Source: Candidatus Multivoradales bacterium (GTDB lineage Bacteria; Acidobacteriota; Thermoanaerobaculia; Multivoradales; Multivoraceae). Taken from it: a stretch of DNA of 64,000 nucleotides. Position 1 is the first letter of the stretch. Each line of letters begins with the position of its first letter. Under the pieces are notes generated by a model. It worked only from the letters and a program-made list of their open reading frames with translations. It did not search any database and was not told where the DNA came from. Below are positions 40,392-49,026 of this stretch, in pieces. The stretch lies in contig CBDCWI010000002.1 in NCBI GenBank assembly GCA_965223325.1, positions 1,248,001 through 1,312,000 on the forward strand. The letters run 5' to 3'. A program made the translations under genes and the position numbers.

Positions 40392-42044
40392 TCAGGGCCC
40401 GCTCGGAGCTGAGCCCTGTCCGTAGCGTTCCTGCATCTGACGACGGATCTGTTCCATCTGGTCTGTCGCACCCTGTTCGAACCAGGCGTGCTCGGGACGT
40501 GCAAGGAGGTCATTGATGACCTTCTCGGCCCGGGCCGCACCAGCGGCGTTGCCGTGCGAACGCCCATGGGCGACGAGCTCACGCGCCTGCGGGATGAGCT
40601 CCATGTAGAAGCGCTCGGCAACTTCATACATGCCGTGCCAATGGGTGTAGTCGGGAGCCATCATCGCAGCGCCATGGCGAGCGCGCCGGCCCTCGTGATG
40701 CCAGAGGTAGAACCAGGTCCACTCGATCTCTTCGTCGAATTGCGTGTCGGAGATCAGGCCGTTGCTGCGCAGCGCAGTCACAATGTCGCGACCGGGCTTG
40801 GCGAACTTCTCGTTGTAGAGAATCACCAGGTTGTCGTACTGCTTGTAGAAGCCCTCGATGTAGGAAGGCGTGTGGCAGTGCGAGCACACTTCCTTCATCC
40901 GATTGCGCTTCGAGGTCGCCGTATCGACGGTCAGCTTCTGGCGTTCGATCGGGTCTGTCTCCTTGACCAGGTGGCCGTTGATGTCGGTATCCATCACCAG
41001 CGACACCGGCGGGCGGTTGGTCCACGAAATGCGAGTCCCAGGATCGTGGGTCACCTCGCCGCCGTTGCGACTGTGGCCCGACATGTGGCAGGTGGCGCAG
41101 GTCGGCGCTTCAGAGTAGTCCTCGCCGAGGACCCAGTTCTCACCGTCGAGATCCATCTCATCCTTGAGATCGCGATAGGCGATCCCGTGTTTGGACTCTT
41201 CGAAGATCTCCTTCTGCGGATGATCTGGGCCGAGGTGACACTTGCCGCAGTTCTCAGGCTGCCGCGCACGCCGCGGCGAAAAGTCATGCCGGCTGTGACA
41301 TGCCGAGCAGGAACCGCGCGACCCGTCGAGGTTCAGGCGACCGATGCCCGTGTTGGGCCAGGTGCCTTGATGGAAAACTGGCCGGCCGTTGTCGGCCCGT
41401 TTGATACGCGCCACCGCGGCGGTGTTGGTTGGCTTTCCGTCCTCGTCCGGCTCGAGCTCATCGACCGTAATGCGACTTCCGTCGGCGGCCTCGAGCGCCA
41501 CCTTCGAACCGTGACACTGCTGGCAGCCGCTGAACGCCGAGGCACCGCCCTCGACCAACTCCATCGGGCGACCGGGGGTTGGCGAGTGAGGGTTGAAACT
41601 CCCGCGCGCACCCTCGACCGTTTCGGCGAGGAAGTTGTCGAGCGAGGCCAGGATGTTGCCGGCCGCCGCATGGTGACTGCTTTCGAACTGGTGCGCCTCT
41701 TCCTGGTGACACTGCCCGCAGTCGCGTGGTGTGACGACGGTCGCGATCAGGCTGCCGTAGTGCGAGTGCGCATCCGCCTCGCCCTCGTTGGCCTGATGGC
41801 AGTCATAGCACCCCACGCCACTGTGGGCGTGCTGGCTGCCTTCCCAGTGCTCGTTGATGCCGGGCGTGGTCTGACCATGGCAATCGACACACGACGCCGA
41901 TGAAGCCGGCACCGCGACTTTGACGGTCGTTACTCCGGCCTCTTCGGCCTTGCGGATGACTTCCATCCACTGCACGAAGACCAGCGACAGCAGGAAGACA
42001 GCCGCCAGGATGATGATGATCTTTCTTTTCTGATTCAGTGTCAT
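40392..42044 (-). CDS. Membrane-anchored octaheme HAO-family cytochrome c
   Basis: Eight motifs: CVDCH, CYDCH, CGQCH, CQQCH, CSACH, CGKCH, CATCH, CSHCH; GPDH after heme 6; C-terminal GAAMMAPDYTHWHG; N-terminal TM helix. Confidence 0.88.
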   Translation of the reverse strand: MTLNQKRKIIIILAAVFLLSLVFVQWMEVIRKAEEAGVTTVKVAVPASSASCVDCHGQTTPGINEHWEGSQHAHSGVGCYDCHQANEGEADAHSHYGSLIATVVTPRDCGQCHQEEAHQFESSHHAAAGNILASLDNFLAETVEGARGSFNPHSPTPGRPMELVEGGASAFSGCQQCHGSKVALEAADGSRITVDELEPDEDGKPTNTAAVARIKRADNGRPVFHQGTWPNTGIGRLNLDGSRGSCSACHSRHDFSPRRARQPENCGKCHLGPDHPQKEIFEESKHGIAYRDLKDEMDLDGENWVLGEDYSEAPTCATCHMSGHSRNGGEVTHDPGTRISWTNRPPVSLVMDTDINGHLVKETDPIERQKLTVDTATSKRNRMKEVCSHCHTPSYIEGFYKQYDNLVILYNEKFAKPGRDIVTALRSNGLISDTQFDEEIEWTWFYLWHHEGRRARHGAAMMAPDYTHWHGMYEVAERFYMELIPQARELVAHGRSHGNAAGAARAEKVINDLLARPEHAWFEQGATDQMEQIRRQMQERYGQGSAPSGP

Positions 42045-42060
42045 CAGGACTCCAAAAGGG

Positions 42061-43152
42061 TCAGTGGGCGACGGCTGCCTCCCAGATCGTCAGGATGGTG
42101 ATTGCGAACACGCCGACAATGCCAATCCAGACAGTCGCTTCTCGAAAACGTGTGTTCTTGCGGATCCAGGCGTCGATGAAGGGCCAGGTGAACATGACGA
42201 ACACGATGAAGCCCATCGACAGAATCGCAGCGGTTCCCGAGAACAGCTTCAACCAACGAAACGTCACATAGAAGAACCACTCGGGCTTGATCACGTCGGG
42301 GGTGACCAAGGGATCGGCCTTGGGGCCGAGGGTAGCCGGGAAAACAGTCGCCAGGAAAGACAAGAGGATCATCAGGGTGAGGCCGGCCATGACCTCGGAG
42401 AGCACGTGATCCGGGAAGAAGTTGAAGGTCTTCTTGGGCCTTTCTTTCTCGTCCTCGAACTCGAACTCGGTCACGCCCTGCAGCCGAATGATCGCAATGT
42501 GCACCACGATCAGCAGAATGAGGGTGATCGGAAGAACGGCGGCGTGGAGGACGTAGAAGCGCGGCAGAGTGTTGTCGTTGTAGACCTCTCCGCCGAGCAT
42601 GAAGTCGCGCATCAGGCCGCCAACGATCGGAACGTTGGCGGCGATATTGGCGCCGACCGTCGCACCCCAGAAGCTGAGCTGCTCGAACACCAGGCTGTAG
42701 CCGGTGAAGCCGAGCATCAACGACGTCAACAAGAGGCACATACCCACCATCCAGTTGAGCTCGCGCGGCTTTCTGAAGGCGCCAGTGAAATAGACCCGCA
42801 TCTGATGGAGCACGACCGCCGCAATCATCAGCGTCGCACCCCAGCGATGCAGGCTACGCAAGAACCACCCATACGACGCCTCGTTGGTGATGTAGAGCAC
42901 CGACTCGTAGGCGCTCTCTGGCGACGGCTTGTAGTAGAGCGCCAGCAGAATGCCGGTGACAATCTGCACCACGAACAGATAGGCCGGGGTGCCGCCGAGT
43001 GCGAACCACCACCGCTTGAGGTGGTTTGGGACCGGTTCATTGGTGAGCTCGCGCAGCTGCTCCATCGAGAAGGGCAGACGTTCCTGAATCCACTGGGCGG
43101 CGCGAGCTCCAGTCCTCCTGGTGAGCGAACGTTCGTGAGCCGGAGTCGTCAT
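42061..43152 (-). CDS. Cytochrome b of a Rieske/cytochrome b complex (b and subunit IV unsplit)
   Basis: RSLHRWGA..LHQMRV, KPRELNW, RFYVLH..VHI, IKPEWFF motifs. Confidence 0.92.
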   Translation of the reverse strand: MTTPAHERSLTRRTGARAAQWIQERLPFSMEQLRELTNEPVPNHLKRWWFALGGTPAYLFVVQIVTGILLALYYKPSPESAYESVLYITNEASYGWFLRSLHRWGATLMIAAVVLHQMRVYFTGAFRKPRELNWMVGMCLLLTSLMLGFTGYSLVFEQLSFWGATVGANIAANVPIVGGLMRDFMLGGEVYNDNTLPRFYVLHAAVLPITLILLIVVHIAIIRLQGVTEFEFEDEKERPKKTFNFFPDHVLSEVMAGLTLMILLSFLATVFPATLGPKADPLVTPDVIKPEWFFYVTFRWLKLFSGTAAILSMGFIVFVMFTWPFIDAWIRKNTRFREATVWIGIVGVFAITILTIWEAAVAH

Positions 43153-43162
43153 CTAACAGCCC

Positions 43163-43816
43163 CTAGGCGCTCTCGTCGTTGGCGGTCTGGTCGGCCACAG
43201 AGTGGGACGCCCGCTGCAGGTCCGGAAACAGGCACGGGTCATGACCAGGACCGATGGGGCAGGTCCCACGAAACACCTCGGGCGCTTCGATGGTGCCTTC
43301 GCCCGCCGCGACCTCGGCAGCTTCGAGCTCGATGAACAACAGGCCGTTCTCGACCTTGAGTGGGTAGGTCGGCAGGCTCTGTCCGGCTTCGGCCGGAGGA
43401 CCGCTAGTCGCCACCCCGGCAGGGTCGAACACGCCGTTGTGACACGGGCAAAAGAAGCGGTCGTTGGCAGCTTCCCAGTGCACCTGACAGCCGAGATGCG
43501 GGCAGGTAGACGACAGCGCAACCAACGAGTCGTCGCCCTCGCCCTGGCGGGCAATGTTGATCGTCGAGCCCAAAGGTGTACGGAAAACAATTGCCTCACC
43601 GGCAGCGATCCTCTCGGCGCCCGTGACGTACATCCAACGCGAGGTTTCGCCCGCCGCCGGATAGGCAAAGCGAGCCATGAAGACGGCCAGGGTGCCGTAG
43701 GCCGCCGCCAGTGCGCCGAACATCGAAACGCCAACTGCCCGGTGCAGAAAACCGCGGCGATCCTGCTCATCGGCCGGGTTGCTGGCCGGAAGGTGGTCAG
43801 AATGAGTGGTGTTCAC
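43163..43816 (-). CDS. Rieske 2Fe-2S subunit of a Rieske/cytochrome b complex
   Basis: Tat motif DRRGFL plus TM helix; CPHLGC and CPCHNGVF boxes; GPP. Confidence 0.92.
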   Translation of the reverse strand: MNTTHSDHLPASNPADEQDRRGFLHRAVGVSMFGALAAAYGTLAVFMARFAYPAAGETSRWMYVTGAERIAAGEAIVFRTPLGSTINIARQGEGDDSLVALSSTCPHLGCQVHWEAANDRFFCPCHNGVFDPAGVATSGPPAEAGQSLPTYPLKVENGLLFIELEAAEVAAGEGTIEAPEVFRGTCPIGPGHDPCLFPDLQRASHSVADQTANDESA

Positions 43817-43883
43817 GCCGGGTGATCTCCCTGGACAGAAACGAAGAGGCGAGAGCGCAAAGGGGTCACAACAACGGGAATCA

Positions 43884-45533
43884 TCAGAAGGGCCTGAAGC
43901 CCGGCGAACCGAAGCGCTCCAGCGAGAAGAGGTGGTACATCGGATAGGCGTAGGCGATGATGATCAAAAGCACGGCCACTGCGGTCCACAAACCGAGGCG
44001 GTCCCACAGAAGCTCGCCACCGGTGACCTGCTCGGAGGCATGGAGCGGCCTGGCGAATTCGATCGAGGGCGGGTCGATATGTTTGCCCCAGATCATCGTC
44101 GCAGCGACCACGGCGATAAAGCACAGTGAGCTCACAAACAGCACCATGCCGCCGAGAGCCGAGAACATCGTCAGGTTCTCCCAGGCCTTCGAGGCCTCCG
44201 AGCCGGCGAAGTTCGAACTGTAGACCCGCCTCGGTTCACCGAGCAGCCCGGTGACGTGACTCGTCCAGGCGAACATCACCATGCCGAAGAACCACAGGTA
44301 GGGCTGAATCGTCGCGACCTCCCGCAGCATCAATGCGCGACCACTCAAACGCGGCAGGAGCCAGTACGAGGCACCCATGAACGAAAGCGCCACAGCAGTA
44401 CCAACGGTCAGATGAAAGTGCCCATGGATCCAGGCGGTGTTGTGCACCATCGTGTTCATGGCAAACGCCGCGTTGATCGCGCCGCCCCAACCACCGACGG
44501 CAAAGGTGATCATCGCCAGGGCGATGCACGCGAAGAACGGCTCGCGCCAGGGCAGCTTCCAGATCCAGTTGAACAAACCTGTAGCGCCGCGCAGGCGACC
44601 AGCGATCTCGAGCGAAGCGATGACTGTAAAGGCGGTGATCAGGCTCGGAAACAGGATCGCGTAGGTGGTCGCGGTATGGACCAGCTTCCACGACGCCGGA
44701 ATCCCCGGGTCGGTGAACTGATGGTGGAAGCCGACCGGAGTCGAGAACAGGATGAACATCACGAACACCACTCGGGCCAAGCGGTCACTGAACAAACGCC
44801 CCCCGGCGACCTCGGGCAGCACCGTGTACCAGAGCATGTAGGTCGGCAACAACCAGAAGTAGGTCAGCGGGTGACCGAACCACCAGAACCAGGTGCGCGC
44901 GACAATCGGATCGATGCGCTCGATCCACCCCAGAGACCAAGGTACCAGTTGACCAAGCACCTCGGCCGCAAGACCCGAGGTCGCCAGCAGCCAGATGATC
45001 ACCGAGGTGAGCATCGCGTGCATGGCAAGTGGCAGAGGCTCGACCTTGCCGCCGTTGCGGTTCTCGCGACGCCAGGCAAGCCAGGTGCGGATCATCACCA
45101 CGCACCAGATCCACGACCCAACGATCAGAAGGGTGGCGCCGATGTAGAACAGCGGGTGGGCCTGGAGCGGCGGATAGAACGTGTAGAGAACCGTCGCCTC
45201 GCCACTCAGAATCGTAAGAGCAGTAAGCAGTGAGCCAATCGTTGCCACCCAGAACGCACTCCACCCCATCGCCTCGCTCTCGAGCCGGCCGAGCGTCCGC
45301 CGAGCGATGACATAGCCGAGGCCCATGATGAAGAACGTCGTAAAAACCAGGGCCATCAAGACACCGTGCGCGGTCACCGAGACGTAGTAGACCTCGGGCG
45401 AACGAAACGCCACATCGAGGTCGGCACGCGAAAGCGACTGCATAACCGCCATCAAGGCGCCAATGCCAAAGGCTCCAATCGAGACGCCAAAGTTGGCGAG
45501 CGGCAGCTGATTGCGCCGCGTGGCTTCGTTCAT
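43884..45533 (-). CDS. cbaA: B-family (ba3-type) heme-copper oxidase subunit I
   Basis: HGVLMALVFTT, WWFGHPLTYFWLLP, PVGFHHQF, PSLITAFT, GHFHLTVG, PRR motifs. Confidence 0.92.
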   Translation of the reverse strand: MNEATRRNQLPLANFGVSIGAFGIGALMAVMQSLSRADLDVAFRSPEVYYVSVTAHGVLMALVFTTFFIMGLGYVIARRTLGRLESEAMGWSAFWVATIGSLLTALTILSGEATVLYTFYPPLQAHPLFYIGATLLIVGSWIWCVVMIRTWLAWRRENRNGGKVEPLPLAMHAMLTSVIIWLLATSGLAAEVLGQLVPWSLGWIERIDPIVARTWFWWFGHPLTYFWLLPTYMLWYTVLPEVAGGRLFSDRLARVVFVMFILFSTPVGFHHQFTDPGIPASWKLVHTATTYAILFPSLITAFTVIASLEIAGRLRGATGLFNWIWKLPWREPFFACIALAMITFAVGGWGGAINAAFAMNTMVHNTAWIHGHFHLTVGTAVALSFMGASYWLLPRLSGRALMLREVATIQPYLWFFGMVMFAWTSHVTGLLGEPRRVYSSNFAGSEASKAWENLTMFSALGGMVLFVSSLCFIAVVAATMIWGKHIDPPSIEFARPLHASEQVTGGELLWDRLGLWTAVAVLLIIIAYAYPMYHLFSLERFGSPGFRPF

Positions 45534-46021
45534 GAACCAGCCCCCGCCGCTCCAGCCCCCAGCACAATCAGCTTGCCCTGCATCATGTGGTGAGAGAGGC
45601 CGCAGAACTCGTTACACACAATCAGGTACTCGCCGGGCTTCTCCAGTTCGACACTGAACTCGCTGACGTAGCCGGGCGTCACCGTGACATTGGCGTTGGT
45701 TCCAACAATCTGAAAACCGTGGATCACATCTGGGCTGGTGATGCGAAACCGCACCAGTCCGGGCGATACTCGAATCACCCCTGGCCTGAAGGCGAACATT
45801 TCGGCCACCGCGATGACCAGAGTCGAGCCGTCCGGCTGTTGCTCGACGCGAGGATCGGCGAACTCGGTCTCGGTTCGCACAAGAAGCGGATCAATGGTCT
45901 CGACGTGGCTCGGAGGCTCGACCGCGTGAAGAACAGCGGCAATACACACCGTCGCCAGGAACGACGCGATCATCAGGATCGAGAACCAGATCCACCAACG
46001 CTCATAGAGGTCGACCTTCAT
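45530..46021 (-). CDS. cbaB: B-family oxidase subunit II (CuA)
   Basis: Single TM helix; SPDVIHGF..CNEFCGLSHHMM. Confidence 0.92.
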   Translation of the reverse strand: MKVDLYERWWIWFSILMIASFLATVCIAAVLHAVEPPSHVETIDPLLVRTETEFADPRVEQQPDGSTLVIAVAEMFAFRPGVIRVSPGLVRFRITSPDVIHGFQIVGTNANVTVTPGYVSEFSVELEKPGEYLIVCNEFCGLSHHMMQGKLIVLGAGAAGAGS

Positions 46022-46109
46022 CGCCCGCTCCAGGTGCACCTGGCCGCCAGGCCCCTAGCCACCCTGCCATGCAGAGCAGAAGGTCTATCGGTCATCGCAC
46101 GCGTTTCTC

Positions 46110-46277
46110 TCATTGAAGAGGTGCTCCGCGTTCGAGAAACACAAGGACATAGAGCCCAACCCACCCGAGGATGAAGAGCACTGCATAAACCACCATCACA
46201 GCGAGAGTCCCCTTCGGATGCTCAGGAAGGTCTTCAACACGGACGGTGTGTTCGGGGTGTGACTGCCGATCGTTCAT
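46110..46277 (-). CDS. cbaD: ba3-type oxidase subunit IIa (55 aa)
   Basis: Below the ORF-track cutoff. Manual translation MNDRQSHPEHTVRVEDLPEHPKGTLAVMVVYAVLFILGWVGLYVLVFLERGAPLQ matches the PKG.LAV...W...Y..F..RG pattern. Confidence 0.85.
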   Translation of the reverse strand: MNDRQSHPEHTVRVEDLPEHPKGTLAVMVVYAVLFILGWVGLYVLVFLERGAPLQ

Positions 46278-46353
46278 CTACAGGCCTCTTTGCAACCGGT
46301 CGCCTGATCTGCTACCAGCGTCAGAAGTTAGCGAGGAGCCACGGGCGACGACA

Positions 46354-46369
46354 TACGTGAAAGCACGTA
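46354..46369. promoter_or_regulatory. Palindrome upstream of the respiratory cluster; candidate regulator site
   Basis: TACGTG-AAAG-CACGTA about 77 bp upstream of the cbaD start. Confidence 0.4.
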
Positions 46370-46679
46370 AAGAGATGGTGTGGAACAACAGGGGAAGGAG
46401 GGAAAGTCTGCGGGCGGCGCGAAGACTCTAACTGCTAGCTGACTCCGAACAAGAGATCGCGAGCCCGGGCAACAGCCAAGCCACCGTCCGAGCCCAGCGC
46501 CAAGACTGCATCACCAAAGAACCAATCCCGTCACAAAAGCGAGCTGCCGAAGGCACGAGCATGCCCCCACCCACCTAAGACTTTGCGGGACGTCGTCCGC
46601 CCGGCCTTCCTGCCCCATCCATTCCAACAACCGAGACCAAAACAACCGAAACAACCCGAGCAACCCGAGTCGTCAAGAA

Positions 46680-47378
46680 TCACAGAGAATCAAAAACCCC
46701 CCGCACATCGCCGAATCCAGCAGCCCGATCAGCCACCTCCTGCAAAGCGACCATCCGCTCCTCGAGCTCCAAGCGGCAGTGCTCGAACTCCGGCGAACGC
46801 ATGCGCGAAGGCACCTCCAGAGGCTCGCCGTACACCACTTCGACGCGCGCGAACGGCCAGGCCAAGAGAGTGCGGTCCCAGGTACGCGCGAGAATGCGCG
46901 CCGGGCGCGCCGAAACCGTGATCGGCACGATCAGACCACCAGTGCGCTGAGCCAGCGACACAATGCCGCCCTGGACCCGGCCGCGCGGCCCCCGCGAACC
47001 GTCGACCGCCAGGCAGGACCCCAGCTCCGGATCGGCACGAACGCGTCGAATCATGTCGACGATCGCCTGCAGACCGTCACGACCGGAGGAGCCCCGCACC
47101 ACCTCGAATCCCAGGCGCTCCTCGATCCTGGCCATCGCATCGCCGTCGAGACTCTTCGAACACATCGACAACCAGCGCCCGTTGCGGGCCCTGGCCATGA
47201 AGCACAGCAACATGAACGTTCGACCGTGCAGGAAGGCTCCCACGACCGGCCGGCCGGAAGCGCGCGCAGCGTCGAAATGTTCCCGACCAGTCTCGCGGTA
47301 ACGCCACGAACGATCGAGCAAGCGCAGGAGCGCCAGTGCCAGGATGGGCACCACCTGCCTCATCAACACCCGCTTCAT
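46680..47378 (-). CDS. Lysophospholipid acyltransferase family protein (DUF374-like)
   Basis: FLHGR, SKSLDGD, VRGSSGRDG, AVDGSRGP, WDRTLL.WPF motifs. Confidence 0.85.
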   Translation of the reverse strand: MKRVLMRQVVPILALALLRLLDRSWRYRETGREHFDAARASGRPVVGAFLHGRTFMLLCFMARARNGRWLSMCSKSLDGDAMARIEERLGFEVVRGSSGRDGLQAIVDMIRRVRADPELGSCLAVDGSRGPRGRVQGGIVSLAQRTGGLIVPITVSARPARILARTWDRTLLAWPFARVEVVYGEPLEVPSRMRSPEFEHCRLELEERMVALQEVADRAAGFGDVRGVFDSL

Positions 47379-47419
47379 CGGCAGGTCCTCTCAGGGAGAC
47401 TCAGCGGGCCGTAACAAGG

Positions 47420-47677
47420 CTAGGAGCCGTCGCTCTTGGTGCGCTGATCGAGAAACGTCACCAGGTCACCGATGGTCTTCATGCCCATCATTTCTTCGGC
47501 CTCGATCTCGACCCCGAACTCCTGCTCCAGATCGAAGATCAGATCGAGCACCGCCAGCGAGTCGAGACCGAAAGAATCGAAAGAGGTCACTTCGGTCACC
47601 GTGCTCCAGTCGACATCCTCGGTTGCCGATTCCTCCATGATCCGGCCGAGGCCGGCAATGATCCTCTCGCGCTCCAT
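47420..47677 (-). CDS. Acyl carrier protein
   Basis: Acidic 85-aa protein; GLDSL phosphopantetheine site; LEQEFGVEI..TIGDLV. Confidence 0.92.
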   Translation of the reverse strand: MERERIIAGLGRIMEESATEDVDWSTVTEVTSFDSFGLDSLAVLDLIFDLEQEFGVEIEAEEMMGMKTIGDLVTFLDQRTKSDGS

Positions 47678-47784
47678 GATCTCTCCTTGCTGTCGCCAAA
47701 CGGCGAAGGCTTACGTTTGCAGAGCGTAGCTGAAAGTCGACCGCGGCCTATCGGTCCGGAAACAGGCTCTTACTTACCAGGCCG

Positions 47785-49026
47785 TCAGTCGGCACGACCG
47801 AAGAGCAGAACTCCGTTTCCACCGCCAAAACCGAAACTGTTCTTCATCGCCACCCGGACTGGGAGCTCGGACGACTGGCCACCGACCAGCGGCACCTCGC
47901 AGGCGGGATCGGGGGACTCGAGGTTGAGATTCGGCGGCACCCGCCCTGCCTCGAGACCGAGGATCGTGGCGATGCCTTCGAGAACTCCCGAGGCACCCAG
48001 GGTGTGACCGAAGTACGACTTGTTGGCTCCCACGGGCGCATTGTCGGCGGCCGGCCCGAGTGCGGCGCGCACCGACTGAGCCTCGGTGACATCGTTAGCG
48101 GGCGTGCCGGTGCCATGCGCGTTGACGAATCCCACCTCGGCCGCATCGATCCGAGCGTCCTGGAGGGCGGCTCGAATCGCGCGCACCTGGCCAGCCTCAT
48201 CGGGCGCGGTCATGTGCGTGGCATCGGACGACTCACCGTAGCCGAGCACCCGCGCACGAACGGCGGCTCCGCGCGCTGCCGCAACCTCGGCCGCTTCGAG
48301 CAGCACCGCGCCGCCGCCCTCGCCGAGCAAAGTACCCTCGCGCGCGGAATCGAAAGGACGCACGGCGCGCTTTGGATCCGCGATCGGCGAGAGCACCCCG
48401 AGATTGTTCCAGACCCCGTAGTAGAACGGGTCGAGCCCAGCCTCGACGCCGCCGCAGAGCACCGCGTCGACATAGCCGTCGCGAATCATGCGCAACCCCT
48501 GACCGATGGCGTTGGTCGAAGAGGTGCACGCCGAGACGATCACCTGATTGGTGCCGCCCAGCCGGTGGTGAATCGACACCCCGGCCGAGATCGAGTTCGC
48601 CATGCACGCGGGAATCGTACTCGGGCGCATGCCCTTCGGCCCCTTCTCACCGAACCTCTTGTGCGACTCGTAAAGCGTCGTCGCAGCGCCGCTGCCACTG
48701 CCCCAGACGCTGGCAATCGGCAGAACCTCCGTACCCACGTTCTCTTCCGCCGGGTCGCGCCAACCGGCTTCGACCAGGGCCTGGCGTGCAACTTCGACGG
48801 CGTAGCGCAGGGTGCGGTCGGCGCGACGCAGTTTGCCCTTCTGCCGCTCATCGAGCGCGCTCAGGTCGACTTCGGCGGCGTTCTGCACCTTGTTGAGCGA
48901 CGCATCGAACACTGTGATCGGGCCAAGACCCGTCTCGCCACCAAGCAGATTGCTCCACACCGTATCGACATCGTTGCCGATCGCCGACACGATGCCCACC
49001 CCGGTCACCACCACCTCCCGCGCCAC
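47785..49026 (-). CDS. fabF: Beta-ketoacyl-ACP synthase II-like
   Basis: VVVTGVG, SACTSS, NAHGTGT, KSYFGHTLGA, NSFGFGG (Cys-His-His intact). Confidence 0.9.
   Translation of the reverse strand: MAREVVVTGVGIVSAIGNDVDTVWSNLLGGETGLGPITVFDASLNKVQNAAEVDLSALDERQKGKLRRADRTLRYAVEVARQALVEAGWRDPAEENVGTEVLPIASVWGSGSGAATTLYESHKRFGEKGPKGMRPSTIPACMANSISAGVSIHHRLGGTNQVIVSACTSSTNAIGQGLRMIRDGYVDAVLCGGVEAGLDPFYYGVWNNLGVLSPIADPKRAVRPFDSAREGTLLGEGGGAVLLEAAEVAAARGAAVRARVLGYGESSDATHMTAPDEAGQVRAIRAALQDARIDAAEVGFVNAHGTGTPANDVTEAQSVRAALGPAADNAPVGANKSYFGHTLGASGVLEGIATILGLEAGRVPPNLNLESPDPACEVPLVGGQSSELPVRVAMKNSFGFGGGNGVLLFGRAD

Noticed and set aside
40488-41903. Long plus-strand ORFs opposite real genes (also 42064-43335, 38085-39308 and similar)
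   Set aside because: These are antisense shadow ORFs typical of high-GC coding DNA and carry no protein motifs.
40392-42044. Evidence of nitrification or anammox from the HAO-like gene
   Set aside because: No amo, cycAB or hzs genes are in the window, the context is reductive (nap), and the cross-linking Tyr appears absent.
43884-45533. Nitric oxide reductase call for the heme-copper enzyme
   Set aside because: The active-site Tyr and B-family proton-channel residues are retained, so an O2 reductase is the better-supported call.
46291-46306. Sigma-54 promoter upstream of cbaD
   Set aside because: The GG and GC are separated by 9 nt rather than the required 10.
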